Below are positions 24,148 to 38,321 of a DNA stretch of 64,000 nt, piece after piece. The notes below the pieces were generated by a model. The model searched no databases. It had not been told where the DNA came from and saw only the letters and a program-made list of their open reading frames with translations. The position numbers and the translations under genes are program-made. Numbering within the stretch: position 1 is the first letter of the stretch; each line of letters starts with the position of its first letter. This stretch comes from Eledone cirrhosa (taxonomy: Eukaryota), in the NCBI GenBank assembly GCA_964016885.1, contig OZ024744.1:89838001-89902000 (forward strand), given 5' to 3'.

Positions 24148-24654
24148 TTGCTCCTTTTGAAACGGACCTTCACCAGCAGCCCTAGGAGCAACACCCCACC
24201 AGGGTGCTCTTGCCGTAAGCCTGAAGCTTGCCCCCTTCAACATCAATGCAACACACCAGCTGTAATCTATGAAGCTGTGGTCACTTCCAACCGACCAAAC
24301 GAACCACAGGAGGTCAAATCCTATGTGGGCATGGCGGAGCGCCGATTCAAGGAACGTTTCCTGAACCACCAGTCTACCTTCAGATACCCAGACAGACGTT
24401 CATCCACGATACTCGCGAGCCACGTATGGTCCCTCGAGGACTCAAGTATAGACTACTCCATTCATTGGAAAGCCATCACTAAGTCCAAACCATACGCAAG
24501 GGGAAATCCGACGTGTGGCTTATATATTGACGAACGAATAACTATTCTAAAGAGATTACGCAATAGTGATCGCCTAAACACGAGAAGTGAATTTTTCACA
24601 CGTTGTCCACGCGTCGCCAAACACCTATTGCATAACTACAAGGCTCCGGACTGA
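24148..24654 (+). pseudogene. GIY-YIG endonuclease portion in the inverted duplicate
   Basis: Near-identical to the C-terminus of 22321-23814; retains YVG. Confidence 0.85.
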
Positions 24655-24822
24655 TTCTTCTGTAATTTTATTTTATTTTCAACCTAAAAACTTTTCGGAC
24701 TTTCGCAGTTATCTCCCTTACACCTCTCGCACGCAGTCTAGTATTGCCTATGTGAAGTGACCGGGTTTCAGCGCATGCGCGTTCGTACGGTTGTCCTTCC
24801 TCTTCCTATAACCATGCCCATC

Positions 24823-24862
24823 CCGAGCTGAAGATCCGCTAAGGTGAAACAATTGTTCTCGG
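24823..24862 (+). ncRNA. Type I hammerhead in the inverted pseudo-LTR
   Basis: Stem I ccgag/ctcgg; CTGAAGA; GAAAC-aatt-GTT. Stem II is weak. Confidence 0.7.
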
Positions 24863-24956
24863 TATGGTGAACTAACTGTTGTGTAACCACTTCTACCTAA
24901 CTCGTCCCTTGGACTGAGTGCTCTACCACTAAGGATATTTCCTTCCAGTGTTCCAC

Positions 24957-25002
<46 letters not shown>

Positions 25003-25019
25003 GTGATGATTTCGAAATG

Positions 25020-25049
<30 letters not shown>

Positions 25050-25053
<4 letters not shown>

Positions 25054-25691
25054 TAGATAATTTAATATATCAACTAACATAAGCGCACAGATGCACGCCT
25101 ATGCCAGCAATAAAAGGATTTTCTTATTTTACATCTTTTATATTATTGTTCTGCATCCTCCTGCATTGAACCACCTAGGTACTATGACATAACCTGTGTA
25201 TTTGCTGGCATAGGCGTGCATCTGTGCGCTTATGTTAGTTGATATATTAAATTATCTATATTTATCTCCAAATCACTGATTTGTCGAGCAAACCTGCCAA
25301 AACCACTTCTAAAAAAAATTTTTTCGGGGGTGTTAGTAGGCGTCTGTCATCTTACCATCCCATTCCTTCTGACTAGCCTCTGTGTCACGTGATTGATTCT
25401 TTAGAATCGGCCATTTGACTAGAAGCAGTGAGGATTTCAGTGCATGGAATTCAGTCCTCGCTAGCTGGTCCATCTACCGAATTATTATTATTTTTATATG
25501 AGCCGCCAGTGTCCGCGCATTGCCTGGAGACTTAGCTGAGAATAGACTCCCTGATGACGCAATGAATTCTCGACAGTTAGATTACGTAACTGTCTTTATC
25601 CCATTGCAGAAACTAATTAGTTGGAGTGAAAATTTAAGTAAGTAAAAAAAATATTTTTTTTATTTTTTTAAAAGGATTTTCTTATTTTACG

Positions 25692-25702
<11 letters not shown>
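25050..25702 (+). mobile_element. Second retrozyme-like non-coding element (~560-bp unit) with inverted 5' end
   Basis: Direct repeat taaaaggattttcttattttac at ~25111 and ~25669; ~57-bp inverted repeat ~25054-25109 / 25202-25258; canonical hammerhead; (TA)n flanks. Confidence 0.75.
25546..25627 (+). ncRNA. Type I hammerhead ribozyme with extended stem II
   Basis: Stem I actcc/ggagt; CTGATGA; stem II gcaatg/cattgc plus gacagtta/taactgtc; GAAAC-taatta-GTT. Confidence 0.85.
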
Positions 25703-25934
<232 letters not shown>

Positions 25935-26012
25935 AAAGTTATATTTAAATTGTTGGGTTACAACTAGTAAATATTTATAACTGATATAAAAGCACTCGAC
26001 AAATATTTGGAG

Positions 26013-26477
26013 TATATTTACAATATTAAATAAATGGAAACTATATTTATAAAACCATATTTATTTCATTATATATATTTCAGGGATATCATATTAACAA
26101 TATGCTATGCCTTCCTCAGACAAAATACAATATAAACAGTTTTATAGATAAATAGATTCGACATACCGTAACAACATCTACTTGCATTTGAGAAGGTTGA
26201 TTTGGTAGTGACAAAATTGTACACAGAGAGAAAGAAAGAGAGAGAGAAAGAGAGAAAAAGAGAGAAAAAAGGAAAGAAAGACAGAAAACGAAGAAAAAGA
26301 AAAAGAAGAAATGCATGAAACAAAATAGAGAGATGGAAAGATAGATAAAGAGAAGAACTTCATGTAAAGAAACAGAAAGAGATATATATATATAGAGAGA
26401 GAGGAAATAGAGATAGATACATATATATAGAAAGCTAGGTAGTGGGACATCTGTTGAATAACGTATCAATGATACAT

Positions 26478-26508
<31 letters not shown>

Positions 26509-28470
26509 GCTCTAGTATTAATGTAAGGGAGATATATGGAGAGAAAACCAGCTGTTATATAGGGAGAGAAAAAATATAGAGAGAGAAAAAAAGAGAGAGA
26601 AAAGATTTAAAAATATCCAGACACAGGCGAGGCGTAAAAACCTCTGTTTTAATGTAGAGGTATTAGTATTTACAAAACCAGCCTCTACATTGTAAATATC
26701 AGTATTCCTGAATGAGATATGTATCCACAATGTGTGAAAATTAATGATCTTATGTTTAGTTTTTTTTAAAAAATTTCTATGTTTATGTGATAATTACAAA
26801 CATCTATGTGAATGTACATGATCAATTCTGCAAACCTGCGCAGAGGAGATATTCTTTATACTAAAATCTAAAAATTCCCTTAATCTACGGACAAATTTAT
26901 TCAGTTGTTGCAAACATAGATTAAACTCAACGTTTAAATATAAATTTAAATTTAAAATGTAGTATATTTAGTTTGATTTATAATTATATGGGAAACTAGC
27001 CGATAAATCTTTGATTCTCTTTTTATTCTTTTTATTTTTTATTTTTATTTTATTTATTTTTATTTAAACATTCTTCATGAAAAATTAAGCTACCCTAAAA
27101 GTTGATGCTCCAAATATTTCGAATAAACGTTACACTAGATAAACTTCTATATTAAATATAAGAACACATGTAGACCAAATTGGGCATCCTATACTTTTTG
27201 AAATGATCTTTGCTAGATGCGATTTGATAGATAATTTTTGGTTTTATCTGTTTTTTGACTCTGATGTTTATAATGAACTTGGCAATATATTGTCAATTAA
27301 TTTTGAAGGGTTGATCTTTGTGGTTTATTTTATTTTTATTATTGTAGTATCTCCTAATATTTTTATTTTTAATATTTTTAATATGTAAATTTTTTAATTA
27401 TGTAATATTTTTAATATGTAATATTCTTTCGTAATATTTCTTAGTTTTCTATTTTATTATTACTTATTATTATTATTGTTATTTTTAGTTTTGTTTCCGA
27501 TATATTTTTATTTTTATTAGTATATTGAAATCTGCTCTATTTTTGCTTGATAGATAATCTTGTAGAGTAGAGACAGAAATAGTAATATTGACTCTATATA
27601 CACATATATGTATACTTAAATTTTTATACCGCATTGAGAATACTTTCCGTGAACTTAGGGTTTGCAGAATTGATCATGTACATTCACATAGATGTTTGTA
27701 ATTATCACATAAACATAGAAATTTTTTTAAAAAACTAAACATAAGATCATTAATTTTCACACATTGTGGATACATATCTCATTCAGGAATACTGATATTT
27801 ACAATGTAGAGGCTGGTTTTGTAAATACTAATACCTCTACATTAAAACAGAGGTTTTTACGCCTCGCCTGTGTCTGGATATTTTTAAATTTTTTCTCTCT
27901 CTTTTTTTCTCTCTCTATATTTTTTCTCTCCCTATATAACAGCTGGTTTTCTCTCCATATATCTCCCTTACATTAATACTAGAGCTAAATAAATAAATAA
28001 ATAAATAAATAAATGTATCATTGATACGTTATTCAACAGATGTCCCACTACCTAGCTTTCTATATATATGTATCTATCTCTATTTCCTCTCTCTATATAT
28101 ATATATATCTCTTTCTGTTTCTTTACATGAAGTTCTTCTCTTTATCTATCTTTCCATCTCTCTATTTTGTTCCATGCATTTCTTCTTTTTCTTTTTCTTC
28201 GTTTTCTGTCTTTCTTTCCTTTTTTTCTCTCTTTTTCTCTCTTTCTCTCTCTCTTTCTTTCTCTCTGTGTACAATTTTGTCACTACCAAATCAACCTTCT
28301 CAAATGCAAGTAGATGTTGTTACGGTATGTCGAATCTATTTATCTATAAAACTGTTTATATTGTATTTTGTCTGAGGAAGGCATAGCATATTGTTAATAT
28401 GATATCCCTGAAATATATATAATGAAATAAATATGGTTTTATAAATATAGTTTCCATTTATTTAATATTG

Positions 28471-28478
<8 letters not shown>
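26013..28478. mobile_element. Large inverted repeat (~820-bp arms, ~820-bp AT-rich spacer), probably an internally deleted Penelope derivative
   Basis: 26013-26836 is a near-identical reverse complement of 27659-28478. Each arm has CTGAGGA agg...cct GAAA (28372-28413 on +; ~26077-26118 on -). (TA)n flanks. Confidence 0.8.
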
Positions 28479-28523
<45 letters not shown>

Positions 28524-28579
28524 CTTTTTCTAATTATGTCCCTTGCATCGGTTCGTTATTGTATACGCCTACCTATATC

Positions 28580-31500
28580 TATCTATCTATCTATCTAGAT
28601 ACATTAATTTCAATAGGAAAGTCCCCAGTGGCATATTTAATGGTACTAGCCTGGAAGTTCTCGTCCAAATGAGGCCAGAACGAATAGCTAAAATACCACA
28701 ACGTGTGCCTCTGGACGGAGTTTACGTTATAAACATTTCTGTTGGGGGTAGGAGGCCTTCATGTTACCACTGTTTAAGCAGTGGTCACCTGAGGGCTTCC
28801 TGTCCTCAATTAACTACCCTGAGAAAAAAAGCACTGCTGCCAACACCTGGAACAGCAGCATAACCATCACCACCACCACCACAACAACAACACACAAAAA
28901 TAACCAAAACAAACACAGTCCCACCCAACCTCTCCCCACCTAAAACAACTCCAAAAACACCCACATGCATAACAGCTCCCCAAAACGTACCCCTCCCCAA
29001 TCACACAGTCGCCACAACGGACGAGGCCTCCTCATCATCACCTAGTGATGATTAGGGAGAACCCCTCCGCGCCAAAAGAAAGAAAAAACACATAACACGA
29101 ACAAAAAGCCAACAAACACAACCACCAACACAAACAACACAAACATCAGAAACAAAAATCCCCCCTCCCCCCGAAAACAAAACAACGACAACACTCCAAA
29201 CACAAACACCTACAACAAAAAGAAAACACACACAAGAACAACAAACAAAAACCAACACAACACAACAAGAACATAACACATACACATATATAAACACTGA
29301 AAACAAAACTCTAATGGAGATTATCTCCAACAACCCTTCGGTTTTCACCGAAGGGAAAACTTTTTCGTACTGTCTGGAAAGGCCTAATTTAAAAATGATT
29401 AGTGTCCCCATGGACACATACAAAACTTTCCTAAAGACGTGGGTAATTCCTGCGTGAAACCCTATAACCGCGTCCTTTTGAAATATTTCCCCACCCCCAC
29501 CCCAGACACTCCAACTCCAGACACCCCCACTCCACCTGGCACCCCTCCCCACCAAACATCTCCATCCCCACCCCGCCAGAAATCACCATCCTACCAAACA
29601 ACCCCTCCAACACCCCCATGGAGATTGTGCAGCCTGGTCTCCAAGAAGCGAGGAGGTAAGTGAATTCTTTCCTCTTCTTTTCTAACTCTTCCTCACCAAC
29701 ATGGCCAATATAAGAGTTGGATGTGTGAATGTGCGCGGCCTGGGGATGCCCTGGAAGCAGGGCAAACACTTAAACGACCTCAGGTCGCACAGTATGGATG
29801 TGGCAGTCATTTGCGAGTCCAGGATCCACAGCGAGCGACAGCTGGCCCCCATCTTCGACGACTTTGAGATCTACGCATCTCTCTGTCAGCCGGGAGGTGG
29901 GGGCGTTTTTTGCCGTTTTGCTGCGGAAACACCTGGACCTCGTGACACAGACGGTACATCTGGACCCGGAGGGTCGACTGGTGGTCCTAGACGTTAGCAG
30001 TAGTGAAGGTGCGGCCTTCAGACTGGTGAGGCGTATGCGCCATCCGGAACATCGCGGCCAGACTTCTTCAAACGTCTGGAGAATTTTCTGGGAACGTCCC
30101 GCTCCTTGCTTTTAGTGGGGGACTGTAATAGAATCCTAGATGCACGTTGGGATTATGTGGGAGCATGTCCCGATAGAGGGTGGTGTAACAGCCTCAAACA
30201 GTTAATCGGCCGATTTCAACTAGCCGTTAGATACCGACTAGACTTCCCGACTGCGCCACTGTGGACGTGGACGAACCGCAGGGGGACATCTAGATCGTAC
30301 TTAGATAGGTTTCTAATTAGAGATAGGGATAGGAACATGTTAAGCTGTCCACACATGTTCATAGTTGCCTATTCAGATCACAAACTAGTGACCTGCATAG
30401 TCAACCTTGATAGAACCCAGAGGCAGGGACCCGGCTACTGGAAGCTGAACTTGTCGTTACCGACATGCAAAGCCTACAGTAGACGGATTAGCACTTTAGT
30501 TAAGCAGCAGTTGACGGGAGCAATTGTCAACAACAGGTGGTGGTGCTCTCTTAAGAGAGCAATTAGATTAGAATCGATAGGCTTTAGTAAAGAACTAGCG
30601 TTAGATATGAAGAAGACCGAAAGGGAACTGGTAGATAAAGTAGAAGAGGCGATTAGGAGTGGCAGCGTAGCTAACGTGCTAGCGACAAGAACGGCCTTGG
30701 ACCAGTTATTCGACGCAAAGCACAAAGGCTGCGTTGTCAGGAGTAAAACACGTGCTCTAGGAAACGAGGGAGCCAAAGCTATTAGCTGGGCCCGAGTGAC
30801 AGAGGCGAAAAGTGGCAACAAGTCCACGATTCGGTCTTTGAAGGACCAAGATGGACGCGTGATACTTGTACCGGAGTACATGTGCGCTGCCTTTCAGCGA
30901 CACTTTGCACAGCTGTTCGGGGGGGGGGGGGGTGACGCGCCGAAAGGGGCTATGGATTTGGGTCCATACCTTGACAGCCTGCCGCGACTCTCGGACGGGG
31001 AGGCGAAGTTCTGCGAAAGGCCGATTTCGGCCGCTGAGATACGGGACGCGCTGAGCCAATGCGGCAAACGCAAATCGCCAGGTCTCGACGGTCTACCCTA
31101 CGAATTTTACGTATCAATGCCGGTCTCCTCGAAGCGGTCTACTGCAACTGGCAGCAGAGCGGGATAATTCCCAGTTCTGTGACCAAGGGCGTAGTCACGC
31201 TGGTCAGGAAGGACGAGAACAAGGGGCATGACATTAATAACTTTAGGCCCATAACTCTGCTAAACACAGAGTTACAGATTTTGGCTAAGGTGTTAGCAAA
31301 GAGGTTGTCGTCGAAAACCTGGTGGGAGAAGCGCAGACATGGCGTAATCCCGACCAGGTCCATACACGACAACCTCCACCTCATGAGATACATCGTAGAG
31401 AGGGTAGGGTGCGAACCCGGCTTCGGAGGGGCACTGATAAATTTGAATCAGTCTAAGGCATTCGATAGAGTCGACCATCGTTACCTTAATGCGGTGCTCG

Positions 31501-33362
31501 CGGTGGCAGGCTTCGGACCCGTGTTCAGGGGCTGGATTGCTGCCATGCACAGCAGCAACATCTGCTCAAGGGTCAAGGTGAATGGCTACCTCTCGGAGCC
31601 GTTCCATATCACGCGATCCATCCGACAGGGATGCCTTCTCTCCTCCCTTCTGTACGTACTGACTCTTGAGCCACTACTGCGGAAGTTGGAGCTACTGCAG
31701 GGCATCCCGTTGGAACCGGGACTGCGAGGAGCGGCGTCGGCCTACGCCGACGACGTAACAGTAATGGTGTCGAGCACCACGCAAATCAGGGAGGTCGGCA
31801 ATTTACTGAAGGAATACGAAAGGTTCACAGGAGCGAAGCTGAACCGGGACAAGTCCGTTGGTTTGCAACTCGGATCGTGGAAAGGCAAGCCGATGCCTTC
31901 TTACGGCGCCGTCGGACGCTGGACGGAAGGACCGGTGAAGCTGCTCGGGGTCTGGTTCGGACCGGACTTCCAGGTGGAGAAAAACTGGAACGAGGTGACG
32001 GCTAAGGTGTTTGCGCTCGCCCAGAAGTGGGCCGAGTGCAAACTATCCTTGAAAGGTCGAGCGGAGGTGGCGAACACTTTTATAGCGTCCGCCATCTACT
32101 ACCGCTTGACCGTCGTGCCTTGTCCAGCCAAAACGCTCGCCAAAATGGAGCGCGCGCTCTTCCAATTCCTTTGGAAGAAGCGGGCTCCTTTGGTGAGATG
32201 GTTCATCTGCTGCCAACGCCCTTCTAACGGAGGGCTGGGAATGCCGTGGCTGACGATGCGCAAACACGCGCTCAGGCTGCGGCACCTCACGTATTCCTCA
32301 CCGAACAACCGGTGTGGGCCCCCGTTCGTGAGGCGAGCCTTCCCGCGACTCGTCTCGCTGACGGAGCTGCAGTCCTGGGTCAAGCAAAGACCAAGGAAAA
32401 TGGGCGACTGGCACATCGAATGTGCTCAGGCGCTCACAGTCTTCTGGAAAGCGGACCCGGCGATCAGTGGAGACTCCACCTCATCATTCTATAGAGGGTA
32501 GGTTCGCAGAAAGTGCGACAACACTCTCGGAGAAACTCTAGGCGTAGAGAAAGATGAACTGGCCAGTCTGTTCGGTAGGACATTCCGCCCGGGACCGATG
32601 GACAACTTCCAAAAGTCCCTGGCCTGGCAGTGCTACCGAGGAGCTCTACCCGTTCGAGACAAGCTCTACAGACATGGGCGCCCGGTCAGGGATCCCTCGA
32701 AAAAGATCTGTCCGAGATGCGTGCGAGACGAGGAAACCATCACGCACGCATTCGTACACTGCCCGGGCGTTACCGACCTGTGGAGCTATGTAGAACGACT
32801 ATTGTCACGGGTGGGACCAATCCAGTTGACCACCGAGTCCATTGTCATGATCAAACCGCCAACCTCCTTCAAAAACGAAGGAGAGGCGGTTTTCCTCTGT
32901 GTAATGGCTATGGTGAAAGAGGTTATATGGTGGACGAGGGTGAAAGGGCTGAGGTCAGACACCTTTCTCTCCGGCGAACAACTGGTTCGCTTCTTCAAAT
33001 ATCACTTTAGAAGAAGAATCAGAGTGGAGAAAGGGGTGCTGCACCCCAGCAAATTTTACGAAAGGTGGGTGAATGTGGCAAAGATGGCCCGAGTGGTTGG
33101 GCCTTCTCTCTATATAAACATGTAGGTTGAGGAAAAAGAGGAAGAGAGGAAAGGAGCGCTCGCTCTTCGTGCTCCTGGAGATGAGGGTTGTACATTTTTT
33201 CGGGGTGTGTACAACCCCTGTGTAACACCTCCCCCCTATTGGGGATTTCAATTGTTATTTGTTATTCATTTACTAGTTCTATTTTTATACGCTTGTATGT
33301 AAACTCCCCACTTTGTATTTGTATTTGTCCCCATCTTTTGTGCCCCTGTGGCAAATAAAGAA
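28580..33362 (+). mobile_element. L1/Tx1-like LINE copy A (5'-truncated in ORF1, frameshifted ORF2)
   Basis: ORF1 knuckle CYHCLSSGHLRASC. ORF2 from ATG 29701: VNVRGL, SYLDRF, YSDH, GPGYWKLN, KSPGLDG, FRPITLLN, AYADD, CPRC..ETITHAFVHC. AATAAA followed by (TATC)n. Confidence 0.92.
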
Positions 33363-33365
33363 ATA

Positions 33366-33399
<34 letters not shown>

Positions 33400-33404
<5 letters not shown>

Positions 33405-33655
33405 ATCAGCCTGTAGGTTGAGGAAAAGGAGGAGGAGAGGAAAGGAGTACAAGCTCTTCGTATTCCTGGAGATGAGGGTTGCACATTTTTTTTCGGGGGT
33501 ATGTGTTACCCATATAAACTGTCTCCCTCTATTGGGGAAAATCGACTAACTTTTAAATTCCATCTGTGATAACATTTTACACGTTTTTATTGTATGTAAA
33601 CTTCCCCCTTTGTATTTGTCCCCTTCTTTTGTGCCCCTGTGGCTAATAAAGAAAT
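33400..33655 (+). mobile_element. Tx1-like 3'UTR-only insertion in (TATC)n
   Basis: Near-identical to 37522-37775. Confidence 0.9.
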
Positions 33656-33664
33656 ATATCTATC

Positions 33665-36600
33665 TATAATACAAGAAAATACACTTACACTTACGTAAAC
33701 ACTGAAAACAAAACACTAATGGAGACCATCACGAACGACCCTTCGGTTTTCACCGAAGGGAAAACTTTCGCCCACTCTATAAAAAATAGCAAAAAACTGA
33801 ACCTAAAACTGATTAGGGTCCCTATACAAACTTATAGGTCCCTAAAAGAAACATTTGAGAAGGATGTGGGTAATTCCTGCGTGAAACCACTCAACCGCGT
33901 CCTTCTCAAATGCCTCCCCACCCCAGACACCCCCATCCCACCAGACCCCACCCCACCAAACATCTGCGTCCCCACCCCACCGGAAACCACCACCCATCCA
34001 GACAACCCCTCCAACACCCCCATGGAAATCGTGCGGCCTGGTCCCCAGGAGGCGAAGGGTGAGTGATCTCTTTTCCTCTTTTAACTTTTCAGCACCAACA
34101 TGGCAATATGAGAGTTGGATGTGTGAACGTACGCGGCCTGGGGATGCCCTGGAAACAGGGCAAACTCTTAAACGACCTCAGGTCGCACAGTATGGATGTG
34201 GTAGCCATTTGCGAGTCCAGGATCCACGGCGAGCGACAGCTGGCCCCCATCTTCGATGACTTTGAGATCTACGCATCTCTCTGTCAACCGGGGGGTGGGG
34301 GCGGAGTTGTCGTTTTGCTGCGGAAACACCTGGGCCTCGTAACACAGACGGTACATCTGGACCCGGAGGGTCGACTGGTGGTCCTAGACGTTGACGGTAG
34401 TGAAGGTGGAGCCTTCAGGTTGGTGGCCGCATATGCCCCATCCGGGACCCGCGGCCAGACTTCTTCAAACGTCTAGAGACTTTTCTGGGAACGTCCCGCT
34501 CCTTGCTTTTAGTGGGGGACTGGAATGGAATCCTAGATGCACGTTGGGACTATGTGGGAGCATGTACCGATAAAGGGGGGGGGGTGTAACAGCCTCAAAC
34601 AGTTAATCGACCGATTTGACCTGGCCGATAGATATCGACTAGATTTTCCGACTGCGCCACTGTGGACGTGGAGTAATCGTAGCGGAACATGTAGATCGTA
34701 CCTAGATAGGGTTCTAGTTAGAAATAAGGATAGGGACATGTTAAGCTGTCCACAAATGTTCATGGTTGCCTATTCAGATCACAAACTAGTGACCTGCATG
34801 GCCAACCTTGATAGAACCCATAGACAAGGACCCGGCTACTGGAAGCTGAACTTGTCGTTACCGACAAGCAAAGCCTACAGTAGACGGATTAGCACTTTAG
34901 TTAAACAGCACTTGACAGGGGCCATTGTCAACAACAGATGGTGGTACTCTCTCAAGAGGGCAGTTAGATTAGACTCGATAGTTTTTAGTAAAGAATTAGC
35001 GTTAGATAGAAATAGAACCGAGAAGGAACTGGTAGATAAAGTAGAAGAGGCAATTAGAAGTGGCAACGTAGCCAGCGTGCTAGCAACGAGAACGGCGTTG
35101 GACCAGTTCTTCGACGCAAAGCACGAGGGCTGCGTTGTCAGAAGCAAAATACGTGCTCTGGGAAACGAGGGAGCCAAAGCTGTTAGCTGGGCCCGAGTGA
35201 CGGAGGCAAAAAGTGGCAACAAGTCCACGATTCGGTCTTTGAAGGACCAAAACGGACGCGTGATACGTGAGCCGAAGCAGATGTGTGCGGGTTTTCAGCG
35301 GCACTTTGCTCGGCTGTTCGGGGGGAGCGGTGCGCCGGGAGAGGCTATGGATTTCGGTCCATACCTCGACGGCCTACCGCGACTCTCGGACAGCGAGGCA
35401 AAGTTCTGCGAAAAGTCGATTTCAGCCACTGAGATAGGGGACGCGCTGAGCCAATGCGGCAAACGCAAATCTCCAGGTCTCGACGGTCTACCCTACGAAT
35501 TTTACGTAGCAATGCCGGACTTATTCTCCGGTCTCCTGGAAGCGGTCTACTGAAACTGGCAACAGAACGGGAGAATTCCCAGTTCTGTAACCGGGGGCGT
35601 GGTCACACTAATCAGGAAGGACGAGAATAAGGGGGATGACATAGGCAACTTCCGGCCCATAACTCTGCTAAACCAGAGTTACAGATTTTGGCCAAGGTGT
35701 TGGCAAAGAGGCTGGCGCTTGTCGTCGAGAACCTGGTGGGAGAAGCGCAGACATACGCAATCCCGACCGGGTCCATACCCGACAACCTCCACCTCATGCG
35801 ATACATCATAGAGAGGGTAGGGTGTAAACCCGGCTTCGGTGGGGCCCTGATCAACTTGGATCAGTCTAAGGCTTTCGATAGGGTTGACCATCGTTACCTG
35901 GATGCGGTGCTCGAGGCGGCAGGCTTCGGACCCGTGTTCAGGGGCTGGATCGCTGCAATGCACAACAGCAACATCTGCTCAAGGGTCAAGGTGAACGGCT
36001 ACCTCTCGGAGCCGTTCCATATTACGCGATCCATTCGACAGGGATGCCCTCTCTCCTCCCTTCTGTACGTACTGACTCTCGAGCCACTACTGCGGAAGCT
36101 GGAGTTATTGCAGGGCATCCCTCTGGAACCGGGACTGCGGAAAGCGGCGTCGGCCTACGCCGACGACGTGACAGTAATGGTGTCGAGCGCCTCGCAAATC
36201 GAGGAAGTCGGCACCTTACTGAAGGAATACGAAAGTCTCACAGGAGCGAAGCTGAACCGGGACAAGTCTATCGGTTTGCAACTCGGATCGTGGAGACGCA
36301 AGCCGATGCCTTCCTACGGCACCGTCGGACGCTGGACGGAAGGACCGGTGAAGCTGCTCGGGGTCTGGTTCGGACCGGACCTCCAGGTGGAGAAAAACTG
36401 GAACGAGGTGACGGCTAAGGTGTTTGCGCTCGCCCAGAAGTGGGCCGAGTGCAAACTATCCTTGAAAGGTCGAGCGGAGGTGGCGAACACTTTCATGGCG
36501 TCTGTCATCTACTATTGCTTGACGTAGTGCCTTGTCCAGGTAAAACGCTCGCCAAAATGGAGCGCGCGCTCTTCCAATTCCTTTGGAAGAAGCGGGCTCC

Positions 36601-37775
36601 TTTGGTGAGATGGTTCATCTGTTGTCAACACCCTTCAAACAGAGGGCTGGGAATGCCCTGGCTGACGATGCGCAAACACGCGCTCAGGCTGCGGCACCTC
36701 ACGTATTCCTCACCGGACAACCGGTGTGGGCCCCCGTTCGTGAGGCGAGCCTTCCCGCGACTCGTCTCGCTGACGGAGCTGCAGTCCTGGGTCAAGCAAA
36801 GACCAAGGAAAATGGGCGACTGGCACATCGAATGTGCTCAGGCGTTCACAGTCTTCTGGAAAGCGGACCCGGCGATCAGTGGAGACTCCACCTCATCATT
36901 CTATAGAGGGTTGGTGCGCAGCAAGTGCGACGACACTCTCGGAGAAACTCTAGGCGTAGAGGAAGATGAACTGGCCAGTCTGTTCGGTAGGACATTCCGC
37001 CCGGGACCGATGGACAACTTCCAAAAGTCCCTGGCCTGGCAGTGCTACCGAGGGGCTCTACCCGTTCGAGACAAGCTCTACAGACATGGGCGCCCGGGCA
37101 GGGACCCTGCAAAAAAGATCTGTCCGAGGTGCGTGCGAGACGAAGAAACCGTCGCGCACACATTCATACACTGCCCGGGCGTCACTGACCTGTGGGGCTA
37201 TGTAGAACGACTATTGTCGCGGGTGGGACCAGTCCAGTTGACCACCGAGTCCATTGTCATGATCAAACCGCCACCCTCCTTCAAAAACGAAGGAGAGGCG
37301 GTTTTCCTTTGTGTGATAGCTATGGCGAAAGAGGTTGTATGGTGGACAAGGTTGAAAGGGCTGAGGTCAGACACCTTTCTCTCCGGCCAACAACTGATTC
37401 TTTTTTTCAAATACCACTTTGGAAGAAGAATCAGGATGGAGAGAGAGGTGCTGTACCCCAGCAAGTTTTATGAAAGGTGGGTGAAAGTGGCGAGAATGGC
37501 CCGAGTGAATGGGCCTTCTCTCTATATCAGCCTGTAGGTTGAGGAAAAGGAGGAGGAGAGGAAGGGAGTACAAACTCTTCGTAGTCCTGGAGATGAGGGT
37601 TGCACATTTTTTTTCGGGGGTATGTGTTACCCATATAAACTGTCTCCCTCTATTGGGGAAAATCGACTAACTTTTTAAATTCCATCTGTGATAACATTTT
37701 ACACGTTTTTATTGTATGTAAACTTCCCCCTTTGTATTTGTCCCCTTCTTTTGTGCCCCTGTGGCTAATAAAGAA
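33665..37775 (+). mobile_element. L1/Tx1-like LINE copy B (ORF1 end + disrupted ORF2 34100-37537)
   Basis: Same EN, RT and CCHC motifs (DQSKAFDRVDH, IRQGCPLS, YADD); (TATC)n flanks. Confidence 0.92.
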
Positions 37776-37806
<31 letters not shown>

Positions 37807-38321
37807 GACCGGACGTGCAGTAGATCGTCGGTAAGTTTTTGTAAAATTTGCTATACAAAAACAGAATTTATTGTGTGAAAATTTATATTGTTTGATAGAT
37901 TAACACCCAGGCTCAATTGTCAGCTGGGTGATAGTCTCAGTTTCCGCCCCACAGGGGCGGAAATTTGATTTGAAAAATGTTCAAAATATTTAATATTTTT
38001 GCTATTGATAATGGCTAGCTTAGTAAAAGCAACGCTACCGAACGCTAACGAAGAAAGTAGAGAGAGAAACGCAGAGAGTAACGTTACCGTAACTTCTGCC
38101 TACATAGGCGTCACTATGGAGACAAATAGTGACAACAAAGTTTTGTTATGCCAAGAAGCCGAAAAATGCAACTTACAAGATGGACCACACAGCTTTCAAC
38201 AGACATCAAAAACCACAAAAAATGAAATAATAGACACAACTACAAACGGAAAAACCGACAACCACAACAACAACAACAACACCAAAAAAATAACTTTTAC
38301 AAAAACAGTCACAAATAATAA

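Larger units (their letters stand above)
22082..24960 (-). mobile_element. 5'-truncated Penelope-like element with a ~720-bp inverted duplicate of its 3' end
   Basis: 22082-22805 is the reverse complement of ~24170-24895. RT + GIY-YIG ORF on minus. Flanked by (TA)n. Confidence 0.9.

Noticed and set aside
26013-28478. DNA transposon with long terminal inverted repeats
   Set aside because: No transposase or typical termini; hammerhead-like motifs and the (TA)n context favour a Penelope origin.
34059-34092. Mini-intron GT..ttttcag just before ORF2 in copy B
   Set aside because: Only ~34 nt long, and the AG is absent from copies A, C and D.
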